From: Trueperaceae bacterium
GTDB taxonomy: Bacteria; Deinococcota; Deinococci; Deinococcales; Trueperaceae
DNA length: 64,000 nt
Assembly: GCA_034521815.1 (NCBI GenBank)
Contig: JAXHLW010000013.1
Location: 1,472,001-1,536,000 of the forward strand
Direction: 5' to 3'
Both the position numbers and the translations under genes were made by a program. Positions 32,704 through 43,216 of the stretch are shown piece after piece. Position 1 is the stretch's first letter. Each line of letters opens with the position of its first letter. The notes under the pieces were generated by a model. It was given only the letters and a program-made list of their open reading frames with translations. It did not search any database and was not told where the DNA came from.

Positions 32704-33378
32704 CTATGCGGAGGCTCTCAGGGGCTCGAGGGCGGCCAGGATGAGGTCGAGGCCGAAGATGAACTCCTCCGCCGGGTCGTAGCCGGCAGCGATGAGCGCC
32801 GCGGCGGACTCGTTGAGGTAGGGGAACTGGTCGGGAGGAAGCTGGGGCAGATAGACGTCCTCGGCCATGTCCGCGAACTCGTCGACGGTGTCGAACGGCA
32901 GGCTGGCTTCCTGCAGGGCGAACCCGTAGACGTAGCTGTCGAGCAACCAGTTGGCGTGCGTCGCCATCAAGACCGAGAAGCCAGCCCTCCGCAGGCAGGC
33001 GGTGACCGCTTCGTGGTGGCGGAGGTTGGCGGACCCCGGCGTCGTCCGCGACTCCATCAGGCTGTTCGCCCACGGGTGGCGTGCGAGAACCTGTCGGGCG
33101 GATACCGCCCGCCGGCGTATCGCCGACTGCCAGCCGGTCTCCTCGGGCGGGAGCTCGATCTCCTCGAACACGACGTCGATCATGGCGTCCAGCAACTCCT
33201 CCTTGCTGGCGAAGTAGTGGTAGAGCGACATGGCGCCGGCGCCGAGCTCCCGCCCCAGCCTGCGCATGCTGACGGCGCCGAGACCCTCCTCGTCGGCCAG
33301 ACGAAGCGCCTCGCGCAGCACCCGCTCCGTGCTGAGCGCCGGGCGGGCCTCGCCGCCCGGCACGTCTTCCTCAGCCAT
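32704..33378 (-). CDS. TetR family regulator (TetR_C type)
   Basis: LSTERVLREALRLADEEGL.AVSMRRLGRELGAGAMSLYHYF; SYVYGFALQE; EEFIFGLDLIL. Confidence 0.92.
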   Translation of the reverse strand: MAEEDVPGGEARPALSTERVLREALRLADEEGLGAVSMRRLGRELGAGAMSLYHYFASKEELLDAMIDVVFEEIELPPEETGWQSAIRRRAVSARQVLARHPWANSLMESRTTPGSANLRHHEAVTACLRRAGFSVLMATHANWLLDSYVYGFALQEASLPFDTVDEFADMAEDVYLPQLPPDQFPYLNESAAALIAAGYDPAEEFIFGLDLILAALEPLRASA

Positions 33379-33405
33379 CTCGAGCTCCTCTCGGCATGGA
33401 CCCCC

Positions 33406-33457
33406 TTGACAGATCGTACACCGTGCGAGCATAGTACGGCGTACGTCGTACGGTGTA
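33406..33457. promoter_or_regulatory. Divergent promoter with three TetR operator-like palindromes
   Basis: ttgaca followed by cgtacaccgtgcg, gtacggcgtac, cgtacggtgtacg. Confidence 0.7.
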
Positions 33458-33490
33458 CGTGCGGCGGCAGGCAAGCCCAAGGAGAACACG

Positions 33491-33967
33491 ATGACCCGAT
33501 CAGAGACCCTCCGTGCAGCGCTCGAGAACGTGGCGCTGCCGGTCCAGACCAAGCTCGCTGCGGCGTGGGCGAGCTTCATGTTCCTCTACGTGTACGTGGA
33601 CCTTCTCGGCTTCTTCAAGCCGGGCATCGTCGAGGACATCCTCGCCGGCGTCGTCTTCGAGTTCGACATCAGCCAGACCTTCTTGGTCATTGCGCTCACG
33701 TCCGTGACCATCCCGCTCCTCATGATCCTGCTCTCGATGACGCTGCCCGCCCGTGCGAACCGCACGCTCAACCTCGTCGTGGCATCGCTCTACGTCCCCT
33801 ACTCGGCATTCAACCTGGCCGGCGGGGAGTGGCTGTACTACTACGGCCTCGGCCTCGCTGTCGAACTGATCGTCCTCGCCGTCATCCTCCGGCTCGCCTG
33901 GACCTGGCCGCGGGGAGTCGCCGCGAAGCCCGAACGGCCCAGCGATCGCGCGGCGCAGCTGCGATGA
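33491..33967 (+). CDS. Membrane protein (DUF6326-like)
   Basis: KLAAAWASFMFLYVYVD.LGFFKPG..EDILAG, NRTLNLVVA, AWTWP. Confidence 0.8.
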   Translation: MTRSETLRAALENVALPVQTKLAAAWASFMFLYVYVDLLGFFKPGIVEDILAGVVFEFDISQTFLVIALTSVTIPLLMILLSMTLPARANRTLNLVVASLYVPYSAFNLAGGEWLYYYGLGLAVELIVLAVILRLAWTWPRGVAAKPERPSDRAAQLR

Positions 33968-34037
33968 CCGTGGCACCCCCGCTCCGACGACCTCGAGCCC
34001 GGGCCGCGCGACGGCGACGGCGACCCGCCTCGCCACG

Positions 34038-35021
34038 ATGGCGGCCGCCACGCACCGACGCTACGGGCCGCCCGAGGTCCTCGAGATCGCGCGCCTCCCG
34101 GTGCCGACGTCGGGCGCGGGCCAGGTGCTGGTGCGGGTCGCGGCCGCCGCGCTCAACCCGGCCGACGTGTTCCTCATGCTCGGCCGCCCGGCGCCCATCC
34201 GGCTCATGACGGGACTGCGGCGCCCCTCTTCGAGGCACCAGGTGCGCGGGCAGGACCTCGCCGGCACCGTCGAGGCGGTCGGCACGGGCGTCACGCAGCT
34301 GAAGGCGGGCGACCGCGTCTTCGGCTCGTCCGACGGCGCGCTGGCCGAGTACGCATGCGGGAGCGAGACGTCGCTCGCCGCGATGCCCGCGCGCCTCTCG
34401 TTCGAGCAGGCCGCGGCGATCCCGATGGCGGGCCTGGCCGCCCTCCACGGGCTGCGCGACGCGGCGCGACTCGTGGCCGGCCAGCACCTCCTCGTGAACG
34501 GCGCCTCCGGCGGGATCGGCACCTTCGCGATCCAGATCGCCAAGGGGATGGGCGCCGAGGTCACGGCCGTCTGCAGCGGCGCCAACGTCGAGCTCGTGCG
34601 CGAGCTCGGCGCCGACCACGTCATCGACTACACGGCGCGCCCGCTGACCGAGGGTGCCGGGCGCTACGACGTGATCCTCGACAACGTCGCCAACCACTCG
34701 CTCGGCGCGATGCGCCGCCTGCTGACGCCGACCGGGACGCTCCTCACCAACAGCGGCGAGGTGGGGCCCGACGGCGGACCGATCGTCCGGATCCTCAAGG
34801 CCGCCCTCCACTCGATGCGGAGCAGCCAGAGGGTGAAGACGTTCCTCTCGACGCCGAACCGGGACGATCTGGCGATCCTCGCCTCGATGGCCGATGCCGG
34901 GGAGATCACCCCGGTCATCGACCGGGTCTACCCTCTGGAGCAGGCGGCGGAGGCGATGGCTCGCGTCGCCTCGCGGCGCGCGCGGGGGAAGGTCGTCGTC
35001 GTGGTGGCGTCGGGCGGGTGA
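34038..35021 (+). CDS. NAD(P)-dependent MDR-family oxidoreductase (zinc-free quinone reductase-like)
   Basis: RYGPPEVL, LNPAD, GQDLAGTVEAVG, NGASGGIG, LGADHVIDY, ARGKVVV. Confidence 0.9.
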   Translation: MAAATHRRYGPPEVLEIARLPVPTSGAGQVLVRVAAAALNPADVFLMLGRPAPIRLMTGLRRPSSRHQVRGQDLAGTVEAVGTGVTQLKAGDRVFGSSDGALAEYACGSETSLAAMPARLSFEQAAAIPMAGLAALHGLRDAARLVAGQHLLVNGASGGIGTFAIQIAKGMGAEVTAVCSGANVELVRELGADHVIDYTARPLTEGAGRYDVILDNVANHSLGAMRRLLTPTGTLLTNSGEVGPDGGPIVRILKAALHSMRSSQRVKTFLSTPNRDDLAILASMADAGEITPVIDRVYPLEQAAEAMARVASRRARGKVVVVVASGG

Positions 35022-35355
35022 TCGTGCAGGATCCAGTCGACGAGGTCCGGGCTCTCGAACACGACGGTGGGCGCCGACACGCCGTCAGCAGCGATGCTCG
35101 CAGACGACGTGAATGGCGCGAATCCGCGACCGCAAGACCGCGGCTGCCCGAACAGGATGATCTTCCCCTCGCATTCCACCGCGGACAAGGCGGCATCGGC
35201 TACCAAGCGCCGATCGACCCCGCCACCGCGTCGAGGCCCTGGCGAACGGGATCGCCATCCGGAACGCGTGGCTCACCGTGACGTGACCGTCGTCGTCGAC
35301 GACGACGGCCCATGTGCGCGCTGGCATGCGTTCCGGGTACACCGTCCTGAATCGT

Positions 35356-35910
35356 CTACGGGTCACGCGCGATCGTGATCGGCACGCCGTTCTCGAGCGT
35401 GTCCTTGGTCACGCATAGACGGTCGGCCGCGGCATACAGCATCTCCACACGTCGCGGGTCCGTGCCTTCCTCGACCTCGAGGTGGACCGACATCTCGATC
35501 GACGGGAACCCGACGCGGACGGCCGGGTCCATGGCGAGGCACCCCCGGGCGTCGACGTCGCCACGGGCGATCACCTCGAGCGACACGATCGACACCGCCA
35601 GTCGGTCGGCGACCATGCGCAGCGTCGATTCGTAGCAACCGGCGAGCGCGGCGAGCATCATCTCGGCCGCGTTGGGCAGGTCGTTGTCACCCCCGATCTT
35701 GTCGTCGATGCCGAGCTCCCAGGCCGTCCGGGGGTAGGGGCCGTCCACCGACACCGAAACGTGGAACGGGCCCGCATCCCTCTCGGTGACGGTACGAGCC
35801 TGCTTGGGGATCAGCGCAGCTCGCGGATCCTCCCGGTACTGCTCGATGAGCGGTGCCTGGCGCTGTCTGACGATGGACGTCGCGTTCGGATTCTCAATAC
35901 GATCGTTCAT
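35356..35910 (-). CDS. OsmC-family protein
   Basis: GGDNDLPNAAEMMLAALAGC, GDVDARG, LCVTKDTL (two Cys). Confidence 0.85.
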   Translation of the reverse strand: MNDRIENPNATSIVRQRQAPLIEQYREDPRAALIPKQARTVTERDAGPFHVSVSVDGPYPRTAWELGIDDKIGGDNDLPNAAEMMLAALAGCYESTLRMVADRLAVSIVSLEVIARGDVDARGCLAMDPAVRVGFPSIEMSVHLEVEEGTDPRRVEMLYAAADRLCVTKDTLENGVPITIARDP

Positions 35911-35919
35911 ACTTTCTAA

Positions 35920-35949
35920 AGGGTACGATCGATCGTATGATCTTGTCAA
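35920..35949 (-). promoter_or_regulatory. Promoter of OsmC gene overlapping a 14-bp palindromic operator
   Basis: Minus-strand TTGACA (35944-49); perfect palindrome tacgatcgatcgta 35924-35937. Confidence 0.65.
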
Positions 35950-35968
35950 TGACACGCGAGGAGGCACC

Positions 35969-36595
35969 TTGAGCCAGGACGAAACCCACACCGCCGACGG
36001 GCGACGACAGCGCGCCGACGGCCAACGAAGCCGCCGCCGGATCCTCGAGACGGCAGCGCGGTTGGCCACGGTGGAGGGGCTCGAGGGCCTCTCGATCGGC
36101 CGTCTCGCTGCAGCGACCGGCATGAGCAAAGGGGGCGTGTACGCCCACTTCGGATCGAAGGAGGACCTTCAGCTGGCCACCATCGACAAGGCACGAGAAA
36201 TCTTCATCGGCGTCGTCGTGCTTCCGGCAGCTGCGGCGCCGAAGGGGGTGGACCGATTGCGGGAGGTCTGCGCACGGTTCCTCGACCACGTGGACAAGCA
36301 GGTGTTCCCAGGCGGGTGCTTCTTCGCGTCGGTCGCTGCCGAGATGAGCGCCAGGCCCGGCTCCGTTCGCGATCGGATCGCCCAGGAACAGCGGGCCTGG
36401 GTCGCCCTCCTGGAGCGGTACGCCACCGAGGCGCAACGGCTCGGCCAGCTGCCCGAGGACGCCGATCCCACCCAGCTCGCCTTCGAGCTCAACGCGCTCG
36501 TCGTGGCGGCCAACACCGCCTACGTGCTCCACGGCGACCGAACCGGTCTCGAGCGCGCCGTTCGCGCGATCGAGGACCGGCTCAGCGTGGCGTGA
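35969..36595 (+). CDS. TetR/AcrR family regulator
   Basis: RBS gaggagg + TTG; GLEGLSIGRLAAATGMSKGGVYAHFGSKEDLQ; FPGGCFF. Confidence 0.9.
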   Translation: MSQDETHTADGRRQRADGQRSRRRILETAARLATVEGLEGLSIGRLAAATGMSKGGVYAHFGSKEDLQLATIDKAREIFIGVVVLPAAAAPKGVDRLREVCARFLDHVDKQVFPGGCFFASVAAEMSARPGSVRDRIAQEQRAWVALLERYATEAQRLGQLPEDADPTQLAFELNALVVAANTAYVLHGDRTGLERAVRAIEDRLSVA

Positions 36596-36754
36596 ACCGT
36601 CGTGTCGCTCGACCGGCGCAGACCTGATCGTTACGGCGCAGCATCGCTGAGATCGGGTGGCGGGTCGCTCGAGGTGATCCTGACGCCGTAGGCCGCCCGG
36701 GGGCACCGATTCGGCGCGGGCTTCGGGAGGTGGAACGGCGCAGGGGCCGCGGGT

Positions 36755-36882
36755 CTCCAGAGCCACGTTCGCCTTGAACGCTGGAGCGTGGTTCCTGCGG
36801 TTCTTCTTCACGTCATTCCCCACTCCGGAAGCCCGGCGCTTCCGACCCAAGGGAACTGTCCAAGATCGGGGGTCCAGCACTC
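36755..36882 (-). pseudogene. IS3-family remnant (OrfA N-terminus and end-like sequence)
   Basis: KKNRRNHAPAFKANVALE; adjacent ctgtccaagatcggggtcca resembles an IS3 end. Confidence 0.55.
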
Positions 36883-37103
36883 CCCTCCAGACTCGTTGTC
36901 GTCGATGCTCGAGTAGCAAGGAAACGTCGAGCCTGCGTCGTTACCAGGATGATTCGGCTCGCATCGCACCAGATCAGGACCAGAACGAGCCCGTTCCGAG
37001 GACGCCCCGGCTTCTGCCAAAGGCGCGCGACGCACCGAAAGCGTTCCCGCTATCGTTGGCACGTTCGCCAGGGAGGTGACATCGCATGCGCTATCATGAT
37101 GCC

Positions 37104-37328
37104 GTGGAACGCACCACTCTCTCGATTCCGGGTCCACTGCTCGAACGCCTTCGCGTGGCGGCGGCAGAACGAGGCGTCTCGATGGCCGAGCTGGTGCGCG
37201 AGGCGCTAGAGGAAAAACTCGCCGCGCAGAGGCCCAAGCCGCGGAGCCTCGGTGTCGGCGCATCGGGCCGCGACGACACCGCCCGCCGGGCCGGCGACGA
37301 GCAGATCGAGCCGCGCCCATGGCGCTGA
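37104..37328 (+). CDS. CopG/RHH antitoxin (VapB-like)
   Basis: ERTTLSIP..LLERLR..AAERGVSMAELVREAL; overlaps PIN gene; palindromic atcatgat just upstream. Confidence 0.85.
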   Translation: MERTTLSIPGPLLERLRVAAAERGVSMAELVREALEEKLAAQRPKPRSLGVGASGRDDTARRAGDEQIEPRPWR

Positions 37329-37762
37329 TCCTCGATACTGGACCGCTCTACGCCGCCCTCGACCGTGACGACGCCGACCACGCCGCCTGCCGTCGGCTGC
37401 TCGAAGACGCCACCGAACCGCTCGTCGTGCCCGCCCCGGTCCTCGTCGAAGTGGAGTACTGGACGCACCGGCGCCTCGGCACCGGCGCTTGGCTCGCACT
37501 GCTCGACGACATCGACGCCGGGGCGATCGGGGTGGAGGATCTGCTGGCCGCCGACTACCGCCGCGTCCGCGAGCTCTGCGACCGCTATGCGGACGCCGAC
37601 ATAGGCTTCGTGGACGCCGCCGTCCTCGCGGTCTCCGAGCGGCTCGGCGAGCCGAAGGTGGCGACCCTCGACCGGCGCCACTTCGGGACGGTTCGGCCAC
37701 GTCACGTCGATGCGCTCACGCTCTTGCCGCTCGACGAACCTCGACCTGGGCGGCTGCCATGA
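37319..37762 (+). CDS. vapC: PIN-domain toxin
   Basis: LILDTGPLYAALDRDD..H, VLVE, YADADIGFVDA, TLDRRHF. Confidence 0.92.
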   Translation: MALILDTGPLYAALDRDDADHAACRRLLEDATEPLVVPAPVLVEVEYWTHRRLGTGAWLALLDDIDAGAIGVEDLLAADYRRVRELCDRYADADIGFVDAAVLAVSERLGEPKVATLDRRHFGTVRPRHVDALTLLPLDEPRPGRLP

Positions 37763-37954
37763 AGTGAGTTCCCCCTCTTGGCCCCGACGGAGCCGACGTT
37801 CCGGCCGCACCGACGGCGCGTCCCGCCCTGGCTCGAGCACTTGAAGATCCTCCTGATTGCTGCGTTGCCGACTACCTCGCCGCGCTTCGAGTAAGGCACC
37901 AGGATAGTCGGCTACACACGCATCTCCAGGAAGGGATCGAGCTCGATCCGGAAG

Positions 37955-38040
37955 CTCTTGTCCATGCTTTGTCGCTCAGGCATGCGCAACAGCCCGGTCA
38001 TCAAAGCGTTCTTCGAACGTCTGGTCGAACGCGGCACGAG
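37955..38040 (+). pseudogene. IS110-family transposase fragment
   Basis: MRNSPVIKAFFERLVERG resembles the IS110 C-terminal region. Confidence 0.5.
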
Positions 38041-38053
38041 AACGGCCGGCCCG

Positions 38054-39181
38054 TCAGAGCCGCACCCACCGACCGCTGGCGTGGGCCTGCAGGGCTGCGT
38101 CGACCACCCGCTGCGCCTCGTAGCCATCCGCGAAATCAGGGCTCGCCGGGCCGACACCCAGGACCGCGTCGATGAAGGCCCGCGCGCCGCCGGAGTGGGC
38201 AAGGAGACCGGTCATGGGCGTGGCTGGATCGACGCCACGCCAGTACGTGTCCGGGACCGGCAACGACTCCATGGCACCGCCCGAGCCGCGCGCACCACGG
38301 ACCGTGCACCCCTCTCGGTCGCCGCCCAACACCACGTCGACCTCGAGAGTCCCTTGCGAGCCATAGAGCCGAACCTCCTGCGCGAACGCCCGATCCCCGA
38401 GGTGCGACACCGCGCTCGCGTGCAAGGACCCGCTCGCACCGCCGACGAAGTCGAGCAGCAGCGACGCCGAGTCGTTGGCAGGCTCCAGGCGACCACCGTC
38501 GGCACCCGGTCGCTCCACGACGACCCCCAGGCGTGACGCCACACCGCGAACGTCCCCCACCAACCAACGTGCAAGGTCGATCAAGTGGACGCCCAGGTCA
38601 CCGAGCACGCCGCTCGCTCGTGCCGCATCGAACCGCCATGCGTATTCGGGTTTCCGGCCATAAGCCATGACGAAGCGGAACTCCGCATGATGGACCTTCC
38701 CGATGAACCCGCCCTGTACCAGGTCGAAGACGTAACGGTAGTACGGCATCCACCGGTAGGTGAACATCGTCATGTGCACGACGCCGGCAGCGACCGCACG
38801 GTCGCGCATCTCACGCGCATGCGCCTCCGTGAGCGCCAGCGGCTTCTCGCACAGGACGTGCAAGCCGCGGTCGATCGCGGCGATCGTGACCGAATGGTGC
38901 AGGTCGTCGGGCAACGCTACGACGACCGCGTCGAGGCCCGGCGCTGCGATCAGTTCGTTCGGATCGTGAAACACGGCGCCGACGCCGAACTCATCGGCGA
39001 AAGCCCGCGTCCTCTCGACGTCGCGTCCACACACCGCGGCGATCTCCGCCCGCGGGTGCGCGACCAACGCCGGCGCGAACGCCAAGGCGCTCCACCAACT
39101 CGTGCCGATCAGCCCGACACGCACGGGCCGAGAGGCGAACCGTTCCCACGAGCCGTCGCCAAGTTCGCCGTTCTTCTCCAT
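38054..39181 (-). CDS. Gfo/Idh/MocA oxidoreductase
   Basis: VRVGLIGT, HVLCEKPLA, GVLGDLGVHLIDL. Confidence 0.92.
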   Translation of the reverse strand: MEKNGELGDGSWERFASRPVRVGLIGTSWWSALAFAPALVAHPRAEIAAVCGRDVERTRAFADEFGVGAVFHDPNELIAAPGLDAVVVALPDDLHHSVTIAAIDRGLHVLCEKPLALTEAHAREMRDRAVAAGVVHMTMFTYRWMPYYRYVFDLVQGGFIGKVHHAEFRFVMAYGRKPEYAWRFDAARASGVLGDLGVHLIDLARWLVGDVRGVASRLGVVVERPGADGGRLEPANDSASLLLDFVGGASGSLHASAVSHLGDRAFAQEVRLYGSQGTLEVDVVLGGDREGCTVRGARGSGGAMESLPVPDTYWRGVDPATPMTGLLAHSGGARAFIDAVLGVGPASPDFADGYEAQRVVDAALQAHASGRWVRL

Positions 39182-39256
39182 GCGGGATCCTAGCAGCCGC
39201 GCTGCTTGGCCGGGCGCCACGACGGCCGCTGCGGGCCGTGGCCCGCCAGTCTCCGT

Positions 39257-40675
39257 CTACGTCCGGTTGAGCTCGATCACCTGCAACGCGGCGTACGTCT
39301 CGAGACCCGAACGGCCGAACTGGTATCCGATCCCCGACCACTTCGCTCCGCCGAACGGAACTGTGGGATCGATCCCGCCGTGCTTGTTCACCCCGGCCTT
39401 GCCGACCTCGAGCCGTGCCGCGACCTCCGCGCCCCGGTCGAGATCCTGCGTCCACACCGACCCCATCAGCCCGAAGTGCGTCGCGTTCGCCCGCTCCAGC
39501 GCGTCGTCGACATCCCGGAACGGCATCACCGGCAGCGCCGGACCGAACTGCTCCTCGTCCACCAGCCGCACCCCGTCCGCGACGTCCGTGACGATCGTAG
39601 GGGGATAGAAGTAGCCCGGCCGGTCGAGCGGCGCTCCGCCGGTGACGACCTTCGCGCCCGCCCGCTTGGCGTCCTCCACGAGTTCGTCGACCCGCTCGAA
39701 CTGCGGCGCGTTGTTCAGCGGCCCCAGCTGCGTATCCGGTTCGAAGCCAGGACCGACCCGCACCCGCCTCGCGATCTCCGCCATCGCCTCGACGAGCTCT
39801 GCGTAGACGCTCTCGTGTGCGTACACGCGCTTGGCCGCGATGCACACCTGGCCGGTGTTCCCGAAGGCGCTCCAAAACAGCTTCTCGGCGATCGCCACCG
39901 GATCCGCATCCTCCAGCACGATGGCGGGGTCGTTCCCGCCGAGCTCGAGCACGAAACGCTTCAGGTCCGGAGCGGCCGCCGCCGCGACCTTCTTGCCGGT
40001 CGCTATCGATCCCGTGAAGCAGAGCATCCGCACGGCTGGGTGGTGGGTGATCGCCGCACCGAGGTCGTCGCCGCCCGACACGACGTTGAGCACCCCCGGC
40101 GGCAACACCTCCTGGAGGATCTCACCGAGGAGAAGCGTCGCGAGCGGCGTGTAGGGCGAGGGTTTGAGCACCACCGTGTTGCCCATGAGGAGCGCCGGCG
40201 CCGTCTTGACGCCAGCCAAGAACACCGGGAAGTTCCACGGCACGATCGAGCCGACCACCCCGAGCGGCCTGCGGCGCACCTCGACGCGAGCGCTCTCATC
40301 GTCTCGCAGCACGTCGTGGGGGATCTCCATGCGGGCGAACTCTCGGAACCAGTGCGCCGCGCCTCTCAGTTCGCCTTCGGCGTTGGCGAGCGGTTTTCCC
40401 TGCTCGAGGGTCAGGGTGCGAGCGAGCGTCGCCACGTTCGCCTCGATCGCTTCGGCACACGCTTCGAGCGCCGCCCGGCGCGCGGCCTCGTCGCGGCTCC
40501 AGTCGCGGAAGGCACCCTTCGCGGCGCCCATCGCGTCGTCGAGTTGCGCTGGAGTGCAGTCGGGCGCCTCGGCGAACACGGCGCCGGTGGCGGGATCGAT
40601 CACACCGAACGTCCGCTCGGGCGGTGCGAGAGCACCGCCGATCGTCATGTGGAACCCATCGTTGGTGGTGGACAC
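39257..40675 (-). CDS. Aldehyde dehydrogenase
   Basis: RBS ggagg + GTG; PWNFP, LKPSP, FTGS, LELGGNDP, GQVCIA, EEQFGP. Confidence 0.93.
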   Translation of the reverse strand: MSTTNDGFHMTIGGALAPPERTFGVIDPATGAVFAEAPDCTPAQLDDAMGAAKGAFRDWSRDEAARRAALEACAEAIEANVATLARTLTLEQGKPLANAEGELRGAAHWFREFARMEIPHDVLRDDESARVEVRRRPLGVVGSIVPWNFPVFLAGVKTAPALLMGNTVVLKPSPYTPLATLLLGEILQEVLPPGVLNVVSGGDDLGAAITHHPAVRMLCFTGSIATGKKVAAAAAPDLKRFVLELGGNDPAIVLEDADPVAIAEKLFWSAFGNTGQVCIAAKRVYAHESVYAELVEAMAEIARRVRVGPGFEPDTQLGPLNNAPQFERVDELVEDAKRAGAKVVTGGAPLDRPGYFYPPTIVTDVADGVRLVDEEQFGPALPVMPFRDVDDALERANATHFGLMGSVWTQDLDRGAEVAARLEVGKAGVNKHGGIDPTVPFGGAKWSGIGYQFGRSGLETYAALQVIELNRT

Positions 40676-40761
40676 GGCGACCTCCATTCGCGCGGCGAGA
40701 CCCGATAGCGGGAAGCGATCGAGCGATGCGCCCGGTGGGAGCACTGCCCGTGCCCTCCGAC

Positions 40762-41902
40762 TCACTCCAGCGTCCGCAGTCGAGCGGCGCCGACCCCAAC
40801 GGATTCCGACATCCACCGGAGGGCGTCGAGACGGTGCTGGCGGTTCGGATGGTCCAGAGCTGACTCGTACTTGTGCACGATCCGCGGCCAAGAATGGCAG
40901 GAACCACAGCGCGTTGGCCATCAAGGCGAGGTCGAGCTGGGGCTCCCACCACGCCATGTCGAAGCGGGCGCCGAGGCGGTCCTCGAGCCGGACGCGGTAC
41001 CCTTCGATCACATCCACTCTGTGGCAACATAGTCCGTGCGATGATGACGCCGACAAGAACCAAGCCAGATCGAGCGCCGGCGGCATCCGGGCGGCACGCG
41101 CCATGTCCAAGGCGACGACCTGGTGCACACCGTCACCCTCGACGCCAGGCCGCCTCACGGCGAGGTTCGCATCTCGCACGTCGTTGTGGACGAGCGTCCA
41201 CGGGTACCGGCTAAAAGCCTCGCTCAAAGCCGGGTGAGCGTTCGCCATCGCGTGCACGCGTTCGGCGGCATCGTCACCGATGAAGTCGGGCAGGACCTCC
41301 CATCCCTCGAGGATCAGGTGCAGGGCACTCGGATCCGCGAGGGATGTGGGCTCCTGGAGGAGCCGCGCCACGCGCTTCGGGGGTAGCAGCAGAAAGTCCA
41401 AAATTTCGTCCGACCGGCATAGCCCCAGATCCGGATCGAGCAACGCTGGATCAAGCCAGAACTCGGCGTGCAAGGCCGCCATGGCGTCCAGAATCACGTC
41501 GGTGTCCTCGGCCGTCATGCGAGCGCCTTGTGCCATGAGGTCATCGCGAACGTTGGTCATCAACATCGCGTGGCGCTGCTCATCCTTGGCGCAGGCGAGC
41601 ACGGCACTGGAGATCTCGGGCGGGAACCGGTCCAAGAGGCCGTGCTGCCAGACCGTGACCGAACGGCAGCGGTCGTCATGCGTGGCGCGGGCCATCCAAT
41701 CGCGCGCGCCATCGATGCGCTTGACGAACAGCCGCGGTCCCAGCTCGCCATTCAACGAGACGTTCAAGAACTCGCTCCCGGAGAATGCGCTGGTCGCGGA
41801 GAAGTCGGAGACTTGGACCTCCTTGACGTCCTCGCCGAGGAGCAGGCCGATCTCGTCGGGCCGGAGCATGGCCTCGAGGCTGGGATACAGGGGTCGAGGC
41901 AC
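40762..41902 (-). CDS. Aminoglycoside/ecdysteroid-kinase-like phosphotransferase; frameshift near 40885
   Basis: LAALHA-like MAALHAEFW, TLVHNDVRDANL, LDMA, DLAWFL; alternative frame ends ...GAARLRTLE* at 40762. Confidence 0.75.
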
Positions 41903-42034
41903 GGTGTCTCCTTCGGACGAACGGGAAGCGGACGGTGAGCTTTTTCTGTAACCTTATTCGCCAGTATGGGACAAATGTCCCGCTATGTCTAGACGGTTCG
42001 CAGGTGGCATGCGCGCGGGGAGAGGCGCGACGGC

Positions 42035-42922
42035 TCACCCCACCTCCCCCACCAGCTCCTCCCGCAGCCGCAGCATCTCGTCCCTCGCCTCGTCCGACAC
42101 GCGCGGGTACGCGATCGGCAACCGACGCATCGTGTCGTGCACGATCTCGCCCACGACGCGGCGCATGTAGCGCTTGTCGTCCGCCGGCACCGCGAACCAC
42201 GGCGCCCACGGACGCGAGGTAGCGCGCAGCGCCTCCTGGTAGGCATGTTGATACGCGTCCCAATGACCGCGATCACGCACGTCGCCGGTAGAGAACTTCC
42301 AGTTCTTCTCGGGCTCGTCGATTCGATCCAAGAAACGCCGCGCCTGCTCCTGCTTCGAAAGATGCAGGAAGAACTTGACGATCACCGTGCCCTCACGCGC
42401 CAGGTGCTGCTCGTACGACGCCATGCTGGCCAGACGCTCGTCCCACACGGTGGCAGGATCCACACCGGGAAGACGCTGCTTCGCAAGGATCGAAGGATGC
42501 ACCCTGACCACCAGCGCCTCCTCGTAATGACTGCGATTGAACACGCCGATCCGGCCACGCTGCGGCAGCGCGCGCGCGATGCGCCATAGGAAATCGTGGT
42601 CCAGCTCGGCCCGAGAGGGCTGCTCGAACGACGTGACCTGGCAACCGGCCGGGTTCACACCGCGCAGCACGTGGCGAATGGTGCCGTCCTTGCCGGCCGC
42701 GTCCATCGCCTGGAACACCAGCAGGACGGCGAACCGGTCGTCGGCGTACAGCTGCCGCTGCAGATCGCGCAGCCTCTTGCGCACCTTCCCCAGCGCCTTC
42801 CCGTTCGCCTTGCGGTCGGGGGCGTCCTCCGGCGGCGCCGTCGCCGCGTCCGCCAACACGAACGAGCCATCGAACGGAACGCGGAACGGGCTGTCGGTCG
42901 GCGAGATCCAAGCCTCTTCCAT
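42035..42922 (-). CDS. ppk2: Polyphosphate kinase 2 family (class III-like)
   Basis: FQAMDAAGKDG, HDFLWR, FNRSHYE, KNWKF, PWFAVPADDK. Confidence 0.93.
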   Translation of the reverse strand: MEEAWISPTDSPFRVPFDGSFVLADAATAPPEDAPDRKANGKALGKVRKRLRDLQRQLYADDRFAVLLVFQAMDAAGKDGTIRHVLRGVNPAGCQVTSFEQPSRAELDHDFLWRIARALPQRGRIGVFNRSHYEEALVVRVHPSILAKQRLPGVDPATVWDERLASMASYEQHLAREGTVIVKFFLHLSKQEQARRFLDRIDEPEKNWKFSTGDVRDRGHWDAYQHAYQEALRATSRPWAPWFAVPADDKRYMRRVVGEIVHDTMRRLPIAYPRVSDEARDEMLRLREELVGEVG

Positions 42923-43099
42923 GGGACAGGGTACCGGCTCGGGTCCTCACGCACGAAGCTGCATCGAGGCGCACGAGGCATCCTGCCCCGACCTCGGCCG
43001 TGCTATGAAGATTCGTAGCACTGCAATTTCATGCCCGCCATCCGGCCAGCGCCATCCAAACCTGGCGGGTCGGGGCGAGAGGACGCGACCGTGGACGTA

Positions 43100-43216
43100 C
43101 GCCAACCAGCCGAGGCAGGCAAGGCATTCGAGAAGCTGTTCGCCGCAGACGACCTCGACGGTCTGATGGAGCTGTACGAACCCGATGCCGTCCTCTACCC
43201 ACGCCCGCGCACATGA
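43100..43216 (+). pseudogene. SnoaL/NTF2-like N-terminal fragment
   Basis: AFEKLFAADDLDGLMELYEPDAVL followed by an early stop. Confidence 0.5.

Noticed and set aside
39257-41902. Apparent 881-aa phosphotransferase-aldehyde dehydrogenase fusion
   Set aside because: The linker is low-complexity; another frame gives a natural C-terminus ending at 40762 and the ALDH has its own RBS and GTG at 40675, so a frameshift artefact is more likely.
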